NCBI GenBank assembly: GCA_963758525.1
Contig: CAVWVQ010000003.1
Coordinates: 2,112,001-2,176,000 of the forward strand
Direction: 5' to 3'
DNA from: an uncultured Phycisphaerales bacterium
Lineage (GTDB): Bacteria > Planctomycetota > Phycisphaerae > Tepidisphaerales > Tepidisphaeraceae
DNA: 64,000 nucleotides
Below are positions 54,670-64,000 of this stretch, piece by piece; position 1 is the first letter of the stretch, and every line of letters starts with the position of its first letter. The translations under genes and the position numbers were made by a program. The notes beneath the pieces are model-generated. The model had not been told where the DNA came from, ran no database searches, and saw only the letters and a list, made by a program, of their open reading frames with translations.

Positions 54670-55899
54670 TCAGAGCCGGTGGCCGAGCTTGGCTTTCTTG
54701 GTTTCCAGGTACTTGCGATTGTGATCGCCGGCTTCGATGCGCAGCGGCAGCTCATCGACGATGTGCAGGCCGTAGCCGTCGATTCCGTAAATCTTCTTGG
54801 GATTGTTGGTGAGGATGCGCACCTGGCGAAGACCGAGGTCGCGAAGGATCTGGCTGCCGATGCCGTAGTCGCGCTTGTCGACGGGAAGGCCGAGCCGCTG
54901 ATTGGCTTCGACGGTGTCAAGCCCGGCTTCCTGCAGCGCGTATGCGTGGAGCTTGTTCGCCAGGCCGATCCCGCGACCTTCCTGCCGGAGATAGAGCAGC
55001 ACCCCTCGACCGGCTTCCGAGATCATCTGCATGGCCACGTCCAACTGCTCTCCGCAGTCGCAACGGCCCGAACCGAAAACGTCCCCCGTGAGACATTCGC
55101 TGTGAACGCGAACGAGCGTCGGCTCGGTTTGCTCGACCACTTTGCCATGCGCGTCCAGTTCGCCCACGCCGCCCTTGCACAAAGCCAGGTGCGGCTGCGA
55201 ATCGACCACGCTGTTGAACGCGTGCAGGCGGAACTCGCCCCACCGGGTCGGCAGCGAGACGCTCTCGATCCGCTTGACGAACTGCTCGCGCTTCATGCGA
55301 TAGCTGATCAGCTCGGCGATGGTGCACATCTTCAGGCCATGCTGCGCACAGAACGCCTCAAGATCGGGACGCCGAGCCATCTCTCCGTCGTCGCGCAGGA
55401 TTTCGCAGATGACCGCCGCGGGCTTGAGCCCCGCGAGGCGGCAAAGATCGACGCTGCCTTCCGTCTGCCCGGCGCGCACCAGCACGCCGCCGTCGCGGGC
55501 GCGCAGCGGATTGATATGCCCGGGCCGGAGCAAATCCTGCGGCTGAGCATCGCGGGCGACCGCTACCTGCACGGTGATGGCGCGGTCTTTGGCGCTGACG
55601 CCGGTGGTCACGCCGAAGCGCGGGTGGGCGTCGATCGCCACGGTGAACGCGGTTCCCAGATGGGCGGTGTTGGTTTCCGTCTGCGCGTGAAGGTGCAGCC
55701 GATCGCATTGATCGGCCGTCAGCGCCAGACACACAACGCCCCTCGCCTGGCGGATGATGAAATTCATCGCTTCGGGCGTGATTTTCTCGGCTGCGTAGAC
55801 AACATCCCCCTCGTTCTCGCGGTCTTCGTCGTCCACGAGAATGATGGGCTTGCCGGTGATCAGCTCCTCGAGAATTTCCGGAATCGGCGCAAATGGCAT
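54670..55899 (-). CDS. ribBA: Bifunctional DHBP synthase / GTP cyclohydrolase II
   Basis: DDEDRENEGD, TGVSAKDR, RVHSECLTGD and QEGRGIGL. Confidence 0.96.
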   Translation of the reverse strand: MPFAPIPEILEELITGKPIILVDDEDRENEGDVVYAAEKITPEAMNFIIRQARGVVCLALTADQCDRLHLHAQTETNTAHLGTAFTVAIDAHPRFGVTTGVSAKDRAITVQVAVARDAQPQDLLRPGHINPLRARDGGVLVRAGQTEGSVDLCRLAGLKPAAVICEILRDDGEMARRPDLEAFCAQHGLKMCTIAELISYRMKREQFVKRIESVSLPTRWGEFRLHAFNSVVDSQPHLALCKGGVGELDAHGKVVEQTEPTLVRVHSECLTGDVFGSGRCDCGEQLDVAMQMISEAGRGVLLYLRQEGRGIGLANKLHAYALQEAGLDTVEANQRLGLPVDKRDYGIGSQILRDLGLRQVRILTNNPKKIYGIDGYGLHIVDELPLRIEAGDHNRKYLETKKAKLGHRL

Positions 55900-55951
55900 C
55901 CGTATGGCTCCGTTTCAAAGCTGAATTGTATGCCGGATGGCCCCCCGCCGC

Positions 55952-57088
55952 TTAGGCAGAAGCACTGCCAGTTGATTGCTGAAGAATTTCCACGAGCCGA
56001 GAGGTGATCTGCCCCCACGAGAAAGTCGACCGGAAAAGCGCTTCGCCGTTCCGCTCCAGTCGGGCGCGCAATTCGGGCTCGGCAGCAAGGCGTTCCACCG
56101 CGGCCACGAAAGCCTGGGGCGCGTCGCTGGGAACCAGGAGAAATGCCCGATCAGCTTGCGAGGCTAACAGCGGTCCGGTGCTGTGTCCGGTGGTTCCGAC
56201 GGTTGCGAGCCCATGCTGGAGCGCCGCGAGCAATGATCCGCGCCGGGTTGAAACGCCGTCGATGAAAGGAGAAAGGTAGATGTCGATGGCGCGGAGCCGT
56301 CGCGATACCTCCGCCGCGGGCAGCGCCCCCTCGCATCGGACGGGAACGTCGGGAAGAGCCTCGGTGATCGCCTTCTGATCCGGGCCGAGATAGAGCACCA
56401 TCGAATCGGTTCCTTTGGCGCGCAGATTTTCGGCAGCCAGACGAATCCAGGGCAGCAGCCGGGAGACATGGGCTGATCCAAACAACCCAAGCACGACGGT
56501 CGTCGGCTGGATTCCAAGCATTCGGCGGGCGTCGTCGCGCGAACCAGGGCTCAGCGGCAAATTGGAACCGACCGGCAGCAGGTCAGCCGGCTTTCCGGGA
56601 AAGCGCTTCTGGTGATCCGGCACCCACGGCTCGGTGGAGTACAGACAGACGCTGGCCGCCGCGACCAACTGCCGATATTGCCAGCGCTGCCACGCCGCCA
56701 TCGGCGCTCTTCGCCAATCTCCGGCCGACGCAAAATAGCGTTCGTGAAACATCACCGCGACTTTGCTGAATCCGCTGATGCGGCGCAACACGCGGGGAAG
56801 CTGCAGGTTCAATCCGCGACGGCCCCAGCCAAAGGGGTTGTACTGAACGATGACCCAGTCGGGCCGTTCCTCGCGGACACGCTCAACCAACTGCCAATTC
56901 GATCTCGGCCTGGACCAGTCGAACGCTTGGACCACGCGCACCCCAGCAATGGGGTCCGCGACCTGGTCCTCGGACGTGAAGACAACGACCTCATTTGAGG
57001 TCGATAGCTCCGCAGCGAGCTTCGCGCTGTAGTCGCCGATGCCGTCCAGTTGCGGGGGCAGCGCGGGGGAGATTAAAGCAAGTTTCAT
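55952..57088 (-). CDS. Glycosyltransferase (GT-B, GT4-like)
   Basis: DGIGDY, DGVSTRRGSLLAALQHG and FSW. Confidence 0.8.
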   Translation of the reverse strand: MKLALISPALPPQLDGIGDYSAKLAAELSTSNEVVVFTSEDQVADPIAGVRVVQAFDWSRPRSNWQLVERVREERPDWVIVQYNPFGWGRRGLNLQLPRVLRRISGFSKVAVMFHERYFASAGDWRRAPMAAWQRWQYRQLVAAASVCLYSTEPWVPDHQKRFPGKPADLLPVGSNLPLSPGSRDDARRMLGIQPTTVVLGLFGSAHVSRLLPWIRLAAENLRAKGTDSMVLYLGPDQKAITEALPDVPVRCEGALPAAEVSRRLRAIDIYLSPFIDGVSTRRGSLLAALQHGLATVGTTGHSTGPLLASQADRAFLLVPSDAPQAFVAAVERLAAEPELRARLERNGEALFRSTFSWGQITSRLVEILQQSTGSASA

Positions 57089-57143
57089 CCGTAAGCGGCC
57101 CACGCTCTCGATTGAACTTCTTCCGGCTAAGTTCGACGGGCAA

Positions 57144-57950
57144 TCACTTGCGTCGATCGAACGCCCAGACATCGCCATCGCGCGCGACCGGGCGCATCTG
57201 CCAGCGCTGCTCGATGCGCTGTGCCAAGTCGGCGGGCGTGTAATTCAATGCGCCGCGCGAGCACGCGTGCAGTTCGATAAACAATTGACTGCAGCGACCG
57301 ATGACTTCCAGCGACTCCGACTCGATCATGCCCAGTTCGGCGCCTTCGATATCGCTGATCAACGCATATTCGTCGATCGTTTCGCTGGAAATGATTTGGC
57401 CGAGCGTCGTCGCAGGCACCTCGACCACGCTGCCGGGCACGTCCGATGTTCCGTTTGTGCCTCCCGCCAGCTTGCCCGAAAGATTCGATTGACCGCTCAA
57501 ATCCAGCCGAACGACCGGCTGGCCCGAATAGTCGATTGCGCGGTTCAGGATGACGACGTTTGACGCCTGGTTGGCCGCCAGATTCGCCGCAAGCAGCGGA
57601 AGCAGTTGCGGATTGGCCTCCACAACCCACTGCCGCCGGCCCAGTGAAGTCCGCGCCACCAGCGATGAGACAAATCCCAGGCTCCCGCCCAGTTCGATCA
57701 CCGCAAGCTCCGGGCGCAGATATCGCAGGATCAGCCGGCGCTCGCTGGCCTCGTAGCGATTCCAAAACAGCCCGGCAACGGTCGGATCGTTGATCAACGA
57801 CGATCGAATGTCGATCCGAACCCCGTTCACTTTCAGTTGCCGATAGCCCAATCCGCGGATCAGCGGGCCGGTGGCAAAAAGATACGAGTCAAAGACCCGC
57901 TTGCAACGACGCAGAGCGCGCTGCGCGGGTCCGTGCGAGGTTTCATTCAT
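57144..57950 (-). CDS. FkbM family methyltransferase
   Basis: VIELGGSLG, VEANP and DIEGAE. Confidence 0.85.
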   Translation of the reverse strand: MNETSHGPAQRALRRCKRVFDSYLFATGPLIRGLGYRQLKVNGVRIDIRSSLINDPTVAGLFWNRYEASERRLILRYLRPELAVIELGGSLGFVSSLVARTSLGRRQWVVEANPQLLPLLAANLAANQASNVVILNRAIDYSGQPVVRLDLSGQSNLSGKLAGGTNGTSDVPGSVVEVPATTLGQIISSETIDEYALISDIEGAELGMIESESLEVIGRCSQLFIELHACSRGALNYTPADLAQRIEQRWQMRPVARDGDVWAFDRRK

Positions 57951-59113
57951 GGGGTTACCTGGACAGCGTGACCGGCGACACGGGCGCGCAAAACCGACTC
58001 GTACAAATCCAGCGTTCGTCGTCCGATCCGGCCCCACCCATATTGCAAGGCGGTCGACCGGGCCGCGCGGCGCATGGCCAGCAGCGCCGCGCGATCGGCT
58101 CCGAGCCGTGTTACCGCGGCGGCCAGGGCGGATGCATCATCGACCGGGATCAGCATTCCGTTTGTTCCTTCGTCGATCAGTTGCGGCGCGCCGCCGACGG
58201 GCGTGGCGATCGGAGCCAGACCGCAGGCCATCGCTTCGGTCAGCGCGAGGCTGAATCCTTCAGATCGGCTGGGGAACAGCAGAATCTCCTCTTTGGCCAG
58301 GAGAGCGGGCAACTGCGCGTGCGCGAAAGTGGGCACGACCTCCACGCGCGGACGGACGGCAGCGTCGAACATCCCGATGACCGATTCGGCGCTGATGCGG
58401 GCGCCATAGATGGTCAGCCGGCAGTCCATGCCGCCGGCCGCGATCAGGCGGAGCGACTCGATCACGGTCGCGATCCCTTTGCGGTCGATCCACGAGCCGA
58501 CAAACGCGAGTCTCAGCGGGCCCGAATCCGGGCCGGCCGGCTCGGACGTCTGCTCAAACGCGGGGGCAATGCCGTTGGGAAGCACCGTGATCTTCGTCGC
58601 AGGGACGCGAAGCTGCGCAACGGCAAAGTCCCGGTCGGACTCGTTGAGCAGGATGTTCATGTCCGATCGCAGCAGCGACTGTCGCACTTCCCATTCCCGG
58701 TAGCCGGCCCAGTAAATGGGAAATTTCCAGCTCGGCTTCTCCCCTTTGGCGGCCAGGGCCCGGCGGACCTCGCGATTGAGCACATGTTCAAGACCGTGGC
58801 TGCGCGTGATCAGCGCGTGCGGCGATTTCGCGCCGGGCCGGCCGCGCGAGGCCCACACCCAGTTGTCGCCCGACGTGACGTCCATCACGTCGAAGTCGCC
58901 CGCGCGACGGCGGAGAAATCGCGCCACCAGCCAGGGAAATTTGATTGTCGGCCACGCGCCGTTCAGGGGCGCGCCGCTGCCAAACGCCTCCTCAAACCCG
59001 AAATATTCGACCTGGCACCCCAGCGACTGCAGCACCGCTCCCAGAGAAAGCGTGACTCCCGGTGCGCCGTAGGTGGGATCGAGAGTATGGTGCAGTGCCA
59101 GGAGGATGCGCAT
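57947..59113 (-). CDS. Glycosyltransferase family 4
   Basis: RKG and EGFSLALTEAMACG. Confidence 0.9.
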   Translation of the reverse strand: MRILLALHHTLDPTYGAPGVTLSLGAVLQSLGCQVEYFGFEEAFGSGAPLNGAWPTIKFPWLVARFLRRRAGDFDVMDVTSGDNWVWASRGRPGAKSPHALITRSHGLEHVLNREVRRALAAKGEKPSWKFPIYWAGYREWEVRQSLLRSDMNILLNESDRDFAVAQLRVPATKITVLPNGIAPAFEQTSEPAGPDSGPLRLAFVGSWIDRKGIATVIESLRLIAAGGMDCRLTIYGARISAESVIGMFDAAVRPRVEVVPTFAHAQLPALLAKEEILLFPSRSEGFSLALTEAMACGLAPIATPVGGAPQLIDEGTNGMLIPVDDASALAAAVTRLGADRAALLAMRRAARSTALQYGWGRIGRRTLDLYESVLRARVAGHAVQVTP

Positions 59114-59128
59114 GGTTCTGAGGCGGCT

Positions 59129-60041
59129 TTAAACGACTTTGCGAAACGCGGGCAAGGGCGCGGGGACGTCGAGTGGCGGACTGCTGATCGCCTCGGGGTG
59201 CGGAGGCATTGTCGCAACGTCGTATTTGCGGAGCCAGCGGTGATAGTGTGTCGCGATCACCGCCAGCTCGCTCAATGTTGCCGGGATGGCGCAGGGAGTC
59301 GAGAGACAGGCGGCTTTTGAGAACGGTCCTGGCACGCAACTTCGCCTCGCGATAAAGCATGGCCGCCAGCGACAGGGGCGGCTGGTTCCACTTGCGGCAG
59401 AGCACAATATCGCACTCGTGAAAGATGCCAAGCCGTCGCCCCGACGGAACCGGGCGAGGCGGGTGATCGACGACGGCTTGGGGAACGAACGCAACTGCAA
59501 TCCGTCGCGCCGCAATCCGGCGTCGGAAATCGACGTCCTCCATGTGCGGGAAGGGAAAGTCCTCGTCGAACCCGCCCAGTAGGTCGAACGTGGATTTCCG
59601 GACCATCATGTTGCAGGACCAGAGCCAGCCGCCGGTGAGATTGACCGGGGCATGCTGCAGCGGCGAGCTCACGCCTTCCTGGCACGTGGTCTTTCCCTCG
59701 CAGACATCGATCTCGTCGCGGATCGCCGCCTGATAAGCCGCGAGCCAACCGGCGTCGGGGACGCAGTCGTCATCGGTGAACGCGATCCATCCGCCGCGGG
59801 CGCTGCGGGCGCCGTTGTTGCGATTGGGGGCGGGTCCCCTGCGCGGGCCTGCGATCCAACGCGCCCAGGGATAGCGCTGCTCGACCATCTGCTGGGAGGT
59901 CGTTTCAGTTCCGTCGTCAGTCACAATCACTTCGTAGCGATCCTCCGCCAAGCGCTGGATCCCGGGCTGCAGACGATCGAGGCAGTGCGCCAGCAGATCG
60001 TTGCGATGGCGGGTCGGGATGATGACGGATATGAGCGGCAC
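59129..60041 (-). CDS. Glycosyltransferase family 2; apparent frameshift near 59290
   Basis: ISVIIPT, TDDG, FTDDDC, GGFDE and EDVD. Confidence 0.88.
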
Positions 60042-60074
60042 AAACTCCGTGGAATGCAGATCGGGCCGAACGCC

Positions 60075-61223
60075 CTATCGAACCTGAGCGGCACCCGCGT
60101 CGAGCGCCGACTGAAGCCCCGCGGCAAACGCGCTTCGGGAAAACAGCCTCGACGCGCGTTCCCATGCTTTGCGAGGAAGGTCAGCAGTCCGCGCACTGAG
60201 GGCCGCGGCGATGGCCTGGGCGAAGCTCTCGGGCGCAGCGGAATCGTAGAGGATACCGGCGTCGCCAATAATTTCGTCAAACGGCGAAATATCGGGCGCG
60301 ACGACAATCATTCCCTGGCTCATCGCCTCGATCAGGACGTATCCCCAGTCGTCGCGCGAGGAGGCAAAGACAAACAGGTCGTTTTCGCCCATCAGCTTCG
60401 AAAGCGTCTCCCGAGGAACACGCCCCGTCCACTCAACGGGAATGCAGCGGGCGGCGACCCAGCTCTGGAACTCCGCGGACGCGCTTCCGACGAGCGTGAA
60501 TTGACAGTTTTGCGCCAATGCCGTCGGGAAATTTGCCAGGGCCCAACGGATTCCCTTTCGCGGCTCGTCCAGCACGGTGGCGGCCAGGAGCACCTTCGAT
60601 CGACGGTCCGGGAGGCGGGTTGGAAAAGAGGGGGAAACGCAAGTCCCGGGATGCACCACGCAAGCACCGACGCCGCGGCGTCGCAGACTGTCGGCAATCC
60701 GATGCGTCACCGCAAGATTCAGCGTTGCCGAGCGATAGGCACGCCAGTCTTTCGCCCACCACCCCATCAGCTCCAGGAACTCGCGAACGGCATGATGATT
60801 CCACCGCGATCGCAATGGATCCAGGGCTTTGACGAAATAGCCCGTGAACGTAGTCGGATACGCCCAGGCGACGACGAACTGCGGCACCGGCACTGAGGGA
60901 TCCTGCAACGTGCTCTGATTGAGCAGGCAGGCGATCGGCGTAATGCCGCGCTCGCGCAACTGGTCGTACAGCCGTCGCAACAAGCTCGTGGAAGCGGCCG
61001 ACAGACGCCCCAATTCCCCGCGCACTTTAGCCATGACGCCCGTCGCACGGGGAGCCGACTGCTCGTCCAAACGGATTACTTCAAATCCCGGTGATCCGGG
61101 AAGCTCGATTGCGGTTCCCGCCACGAGCGTCACGGGGATACCCGCCTCGTGCAATGCACATGCGGCCTCCCAGCACCAGCTTGCCATGCCATTGGTGTTC
61201 GCGAGGTGGGCGACGACGATCAA
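60075..61223 (-). CDS. Glycosyltransferase family 4 (start uncertain)
   Basis: RKG and DDWGYVLIEAMSQG. Confidence 0.85.
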   Translation of the reverse strand: MIVVAHLANTNGMASWCWEAACALHEAGIPVTLVAGTAIELPGSPGFEVIRLDEQSAPRATGVMAKVRGELGRLSAASTSLLRRLYDQLRERGITPIACLLNQSTLQDPSVPVPQFVVAWAYPTTFTGYFVKALDPLRSRWNHHAVREFLELMGWWAKDWRAYRSATLNLAVTHRIADSLRRRGVGACVVHPGTCVSPSFPTRLPDRRSKVLLAATVLDEPRKGIRWALANFPTALAQNCQFTLVGSASAEFQSWVAARCIPVEWTGRVPRETLSKLMGENDLFVFASSRDDWGYVLIEAMSQGMIVVAPDISPFDEIIGDAGILYDSAAPESFAQAIAAALSARTADLPRKAWERASRLFSRSAFAAGLQSALDAGAAQVR

Positions 61224-61270
61224 GCTGCATTCCTTCGCATCTTCAGAACCCGTGCGCGAGCTGCTCGCCT

Positions 61271-61380
61271 GGTTAGCCGCGACGCGCAGCGGAGCGTGTA
61301 TTCGGTGCGCGGGGGTTACTCTGCTGACACTGCGCTATTTCTCGTTCCAATACGCGCTCCGCTGCGCATCGCGGCTAACC
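61271..61380. repeat. REPIN doublet (family D)
   Basis: Same arms as 18713-18817; supplies the TAG stop of the upstream GT gene. Confidence 0.85.
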
Positions 61381-62550
61381 CCCGGAAGGGACGCACAACG
61401 GCGTATGCGGGTCGAGAGTCCGGCCCGCGCAGGCGTACACCATCCGCACGTACCCTGCCGCAAGCGCCTCCCAGCCGAAATGCTCGCGAACGAAGTTACG
61501 CCGGCGGATACGATCGGCGTCAGTCTCATCAGCCTGGAGTTGGGCCGTGAGCGCCTGGCGGAGAGCGCCGGGTTGGCGCAAATCGGCGAGCAGCCCCTCT
61601 TCACCGAGAACAAAGCGGGCGACGTCGTAGTCGTGAGCGATGCAGGCCAGGCCGCGCGCAAGCGCTTCGGGGAGCACTCGCCCGTAGCCCTCAAAGAGCG
61701 AAGCCAGGACGAACACATCGGCAGCGTCGTAATAATCCGCGACTTTCGACTGCTCGACAGTGGCGATGCGATACGTCCCCGGCGCCAGCAGTTGAGCGGC
61801 AAGCTGCTCGATGGCGTGCGTCTCGTGATCGCGCTGGCCGAGGATCACCAGCGTCGGACGCGGCTCTGCCATCGAGGCCACCTCGCGGACGACATAATCC
61901 ATCCGCTTGTGCGATGCGTTGATCGCGCCGATCGACAGCACGCAGGGGCGCTCCGTCGGCAGCCCCAGCGCCGACCGCAGTTGCCCGCGCCGCGCCGCCG
62001 ACGGAAATGTTTGTTCAGCAGGAATATCGAAGCCGTACGGCAGCATGCTCATCGTTGCCGGCGGTTGCCCCGCCGCCGCCGCAGCGTCGAAATGAACCGG
62101 GGCGACCTGCTGCACGTGATCCCATCTCGGGAACGGCGGGCCCAGCGGTCCGCCGTTGGAAAACAGCAGCCGATATTTCTGGCCCGTGCGGTTGCGCCAG
62201 TGCCAGAGAATATTGCCCACGCTGCAATCGCTGAAGAAAATGACGTCCGGCTTTTGCCTGGTCACGTGCCGCAGCAGGCTGAGCGTAAACGTGAGTTGCT
62301 CGACGAAGTACGGGCCGCCGCGGGTGAATCGCCCGATCCATCGCGCCAGCGGGCGCTCGCGCAGCAGCGTGAAGACTGTCCGGTCCTGTCCGGAGGAGGC
62401 CCCCGCTCCCTTATAGAGAGTCACATCCAGCTCGGGGCGGTGGCGCAACGCCTCGAAGCACTCGCGCGTGAATGACTCGTAGCCCCGCTGGATGTGCCCC
62501 AGGCCGCAGCACGCGATGAAAAGACGAAGTGGAGTTCGTTGTACGGCCAT
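61375..62550 (-). CDS. Glycosyltransferase family 4
   Basis: HKR and EGYGRVLPEALARG. Confidence 0.88.
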   Translation of the reverse strand: MAVQRTPLRLFIACCGLGHIQRGYESFTRECFEALRHRPELDVTLYKGAGASSGQDRTVFTLLRERPLARWIGRFTRGGPYFVEQLTFTLSLLRHVTRQKPDVIFFSDCSVGNILWHWRNRTGQKYRLLFSNGGPLGPPFPRWDHVQQVAPVHFDAAAAAGQPPATMSMLPYGFDIPAEQTFPSAARRGQLRSALGLPTERPCVLSIGAINASHKRMDYVVREVASMAEPRPTLVILGQRDHETHAIEQLAAQLLAPGTYRIATVEQSKVADYYDAADVFVLASLFEGYGRVLPEALARGLACIAHDYDVARFVLGEEGLLADLRQPGALRQALTAQLQADETDADRIRRRNFVREHFGWEALAAGYVRMVYACAGRTLDPHTPLCVPSGG

Positions 62551-62716
62551 CTGCAGTTTCAGGGGACGCGATTCACGATCGCTGGCTCAAGAACCCGTTT
62601 CGCAGTCGGACGCCCAATTTGAGGTACTTCGCGGGCTCGAATCGAGCGACGGAGAATCCGAGCCTTGGGAGTACCGCAGACTCGGGGTGGCGCCGTGAAA
62701 TGGGGCGACGGGTCGA

Positions 62717-63931
62717 TCACGATTCCGTGGACGGGGCGACCCGCGGGGTGTCTTCGAAGAAGCGCTTCAACTGGAGGAAATGCTTCTCGTAGAGATGCCA
62801 GCTTGTGTACGCGACGGCGAACGTTGCCAGCGTCACGATCAGGGCGTTGAGCAGGTCGTCTGCACGCGCGATCCGATCCGGAAACCAGTGAATGGGGAAG
62901 GCGGACAATCGCCCTATGATGGAGCCCACGGCATTGTGGAAGACGTACATGCCATAGCTGTATTTGCCGACCGATCGCAGCCAGGGGGTTTGGAGCGCCC
63001 AGCGAAGCGGCGCCCAACGCGAAGGACCCGCCACGACAGCGATCAGCGACGCATAAGCACAGGCAACCAGGGGGAACCCCACCATCTGCATCGTCGAGTC
63101 CCACGCGACGCTGTGCCGCCAGAAAGCGACAATTACCGCCGCGACACCTGAGAGCAGGCAGATCCAGACCGCGCGCGGCGCCAGAGCCGCGATACCGCCC
63201 GGCCCGCGTGCCGCCAGTGCAACCAGGCCTCCCGCCGCCAGAGCATCGAGGCGGCAGGGCGTCAGCAGGTAGGGGGCGAATTTGTTCCCCGCGAGGATGA
63301 ACGCGGCCCGCGAGACGGACGCAATGATGATGCAGCCGATGGCAACTTTCATTGCCGACTTTCTGCTGCAAAAATAAATGATCGTCGGCCACAGAAGATA
63401 GAAATGCTCCTCGACGGCGAGCGACCAAAAAAAGCCGAGCCAGCCGCCCTTCAGGTCCGGCATGAAGGCTGAGCGGACGTTGGACAGATAGAGCCACCAC
63501 CACCAGGAGCTGCCCGGCGGAACCGCATCCGGAAATACTCCAAGCCTGGGAATCACGATCGTGCAAAGAAAGATCATCCCGTAGTACAGCGGGAAGATGC
63601 GAAGCGTGCGGCGGGCATAAAAGTTGCGGAAATAGGCGTTGGAGCCCTTTGCGTCGAAGAGAATGCCGGTAATCAGAAACCCCGACAGGACAAAGAAAAG
63701 ATCGACACCCGACCAGCCCATTCCAAGCGCGCCATTGATGAGCTTTCCGGTCATCGCATGCGTCGGGCGGTAGGGAAACATGTGATGGCAGAAGACCATG
63801 AGAATGGCAATTCCGCGCAGGCCGTCGAGCGGCTTGATATGCCGGGGAAGGCCGGAGGGATGCATTCCGTGGGCGCGAGCCCTGGGCGTCTGGATTACCG
63901 CCGCTGCTTCGCTGATTGCGCTCTCACTCAT
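62717..63931 (-). CDS. Acyltransferase family 3 (OafA-like O-acyltransferase)
   Basis: LDGLRGIA, GVDLFFVLSGFLIT, RRTLRIFPLYY and WSLAVEEHFY. Confidence 0.93.
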   Translation of the reverse strand: MSESAISEAAAVIQTPRARAHGMHPSGLPRHIKPLDGLRGIAILMVFCHHMFPYRPTHAMTGKLINGALGMGWSGVDLFFVLSGFLITGILFDAKGSNAYFRNFYARRTLRIFPLYYGMIFLCTIVIPRLGVFPDAVPPGSSWWWWLYLSNVRSAFMPDLKGGWLGFFWSLAVEEHFYLLWPTIIYFCSRKSAMKVAIGCIIIASVSRAAFILAGNKFAPYLLTPCRLDALAAGGLVALAARGPGGIAALAPRAVWICLLSGVAAVIVAFWRHSVAWDSTMQMVGFPLVACAYASLIAVVAGPSRWAPLRWALQTPWLRSVGKYSYGMYVFHNAVGSIIGRLSAFPIHWFPDRIARADDLLNALIVTLATFAVAYTSWHLYEKHFLQLKRFFEDTPRVAPSTES

Positions 63932-64000
63932 TGCCGCGATTCCAATTTCACACAGAGTTCGGATTGGCGCTGAATGACACTATTTCAGACCCTGTCCATA

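Noticed and set aside
55900..55951. FMN riboswitch upstream of ribBA
   Set aside because: The intergenic gap is only about 50 bp, too short.
55952..63931. Glycosyltransferase cluster as a novel system
   Set aside because: Ordinary surface polysaccharide gene content (GT2, GT4, FkbM, acyltransferase).

Overview
GC-rich bacterial chromosomal window. The lineage is probably a planctomycete (Phycisphaerae-like), an inference from gene content and repeat style only. Most of it is housekeeping and envelope genes: rfbC/B/D, dnaX-ybaB, parA, ilvN, sthA, rpsR, ispA-xseB, dusB, trpG/pabA, uvrD, carB, proB, ribBA and a glycosyltransferase cluster at the right end. The standout is a tightly coupled six-gene minus-strand operon (21967-27231) encoding a complete eukaryote-like ubiquitination cascade: Ubl, E1, membrane-anchored Rpn11-like JAB, a multi-TM FHA protein, an FHA-Zn ribbon-RING-TM E3 candidate and a Zn ribbon-UBC E2. 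Other notable items: (1) a Rad50/SbcC-like ATPase split into separate genes around an Mre11/SbcD nuclease; (2) an orphan group 1h-type [NiFe]-hydrogenase small subunit overlapping a PAS-GGDEF-EAL gene; (3) an unannotated 23-aa Lys/Ala-rich peptide with its own promoter, SD and terminator; (4) an A10 slippage site in dnaX; (5) a palindromic repeat inserted in frame in carB; (6) two IS elements with clear ends; (7) at least six REP/REPIN-like families. About a dozen genes carry single-base frameshifts, probably assembly indels. No tRNA, rRNA or CRISPR array was seen. All family calls come from motif recognition by eye, not database searches.
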